Positions 23,864-24,000 of a stretch of DNA of 24,000 bases are shown piece by piece (position 1 is the first letter of the stretch; each line of letters starts with the position of its first letter). Location: positions 56,934 to 80,933 of the forward strand of contig NZ_JAQFWQ010000012.1 in NCBI RefSeq assembly GCF_027706725.1, written 5' to 3'. The notes under the pieces were generated by a model, which had not been told where the DNA came from, did no database searches, and saw nothing but the letters and a program-made list of their open reading frames with translations. The position numbers and the translations under genes were made by a program. The stretch is from Nocardiopsis endophytica (GTDB lineage Bacteria; Actinomycetota; Actinomycetes; Streptosporangiales; Streptosporangiaceae).

Positions 23864-24000
23864 TCACCCCTCCCACGGCGCCCTGAGGGGGAAGTAGCTC
23901 TCCAGGAACGCCTTCATGAGCCTGATCTGCTCGTCCCGGGGGACGAGGTCGGGCGCCGCGTCCGTCAGGCAGAACACCTCGTGCTTGCGCCGCAGCAGGG
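23864..24000 (-). CDS. 3' end of an unidentified gene (last 44 codons), probably co-transcribed with the GT4 gene downstream
   Basis: Too short for the ORF track. The minus-strand frame reads ...LLRRKHEVFCLTDAAPDLVPRDEQIRLMKAFLESYFPLRAPWEG*, with the stop TGA at 23866-23864. Third positions are nearly all G/C. 43 nt to the next start. Confidence 0.55.
   Translation of the reverse strand, partial: LLRRKHEVFCLTDAAPDLVPRDEQIRLMKAFLESYFPLRAPWEG

Noticed and set aside
14611-23886. Large ORFs 14611..17637 (+), 15083..17218 (-), 16147..18672 (-), 18045..21059 (+), 19198..21036 (-), 21262..23886 (+), 21740..23014 (-), 22028..23320 (+)
   Set aside because: All overlap the GT4, GT2-TagF and GT4 genes in other frames or strands. 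They give Arg/Pro/Gly-rich products, whereas the chosen frames carry the GT4 E-x7-E, GT2 DxD and TagF motifs.

Overview
Very GC-rich actinobacterial chromosomal segment; third codon positions are almost saturated with G/C, so most long ORFs in the supplied track are shadow frames. From memory, the tmRNA tag and the teichoic-acid-type genes suggest a Nocardiopsaceae/Streptosporangiales-like organism; this is inference only.

Left two-thirds (housekeeping core):
- an edge-truncated hypothetical gene on the minus strand that is missing from the ORF track
- an HAD-like gene
- the ~1620-aa L180-class NAD-glutamate dehydrogenase
- the conserved block prfB - ftsE - ftsX - smpB - [PBP-like lipoprotein] - ssrA (tmRNA, tag ATSKRTEFALAA)

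Right third:
- a perfect 23-bp hairpin
- about 220 nt of possibly decayed coding sequence
- two small orphan genes
- a wall-teichoic-acid-like glycopolymer cluster: a GT4 with a C-terminal extension, a GT2 + TagF-type CDP-glycerol glycerophosphotransferase fusion, a second GT4 with a longer extension, and a partial gene at the edge

No CRISPR array, tRNA, rRNA, transposase or integrase was recognised.

Most interesting observations:
1. The PBP-like Tat-lipoprotein abutting smpB has lost all three acyl-enzyme motifs; there is no SxxK anywhere in the protein.
2. A beta-rich module recurs about eight times across all three glycopolymer enzymes.
3. The core-to-accessory switch falls exactly at the tmRNA 3' end.

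None of these could be checked against databases here.
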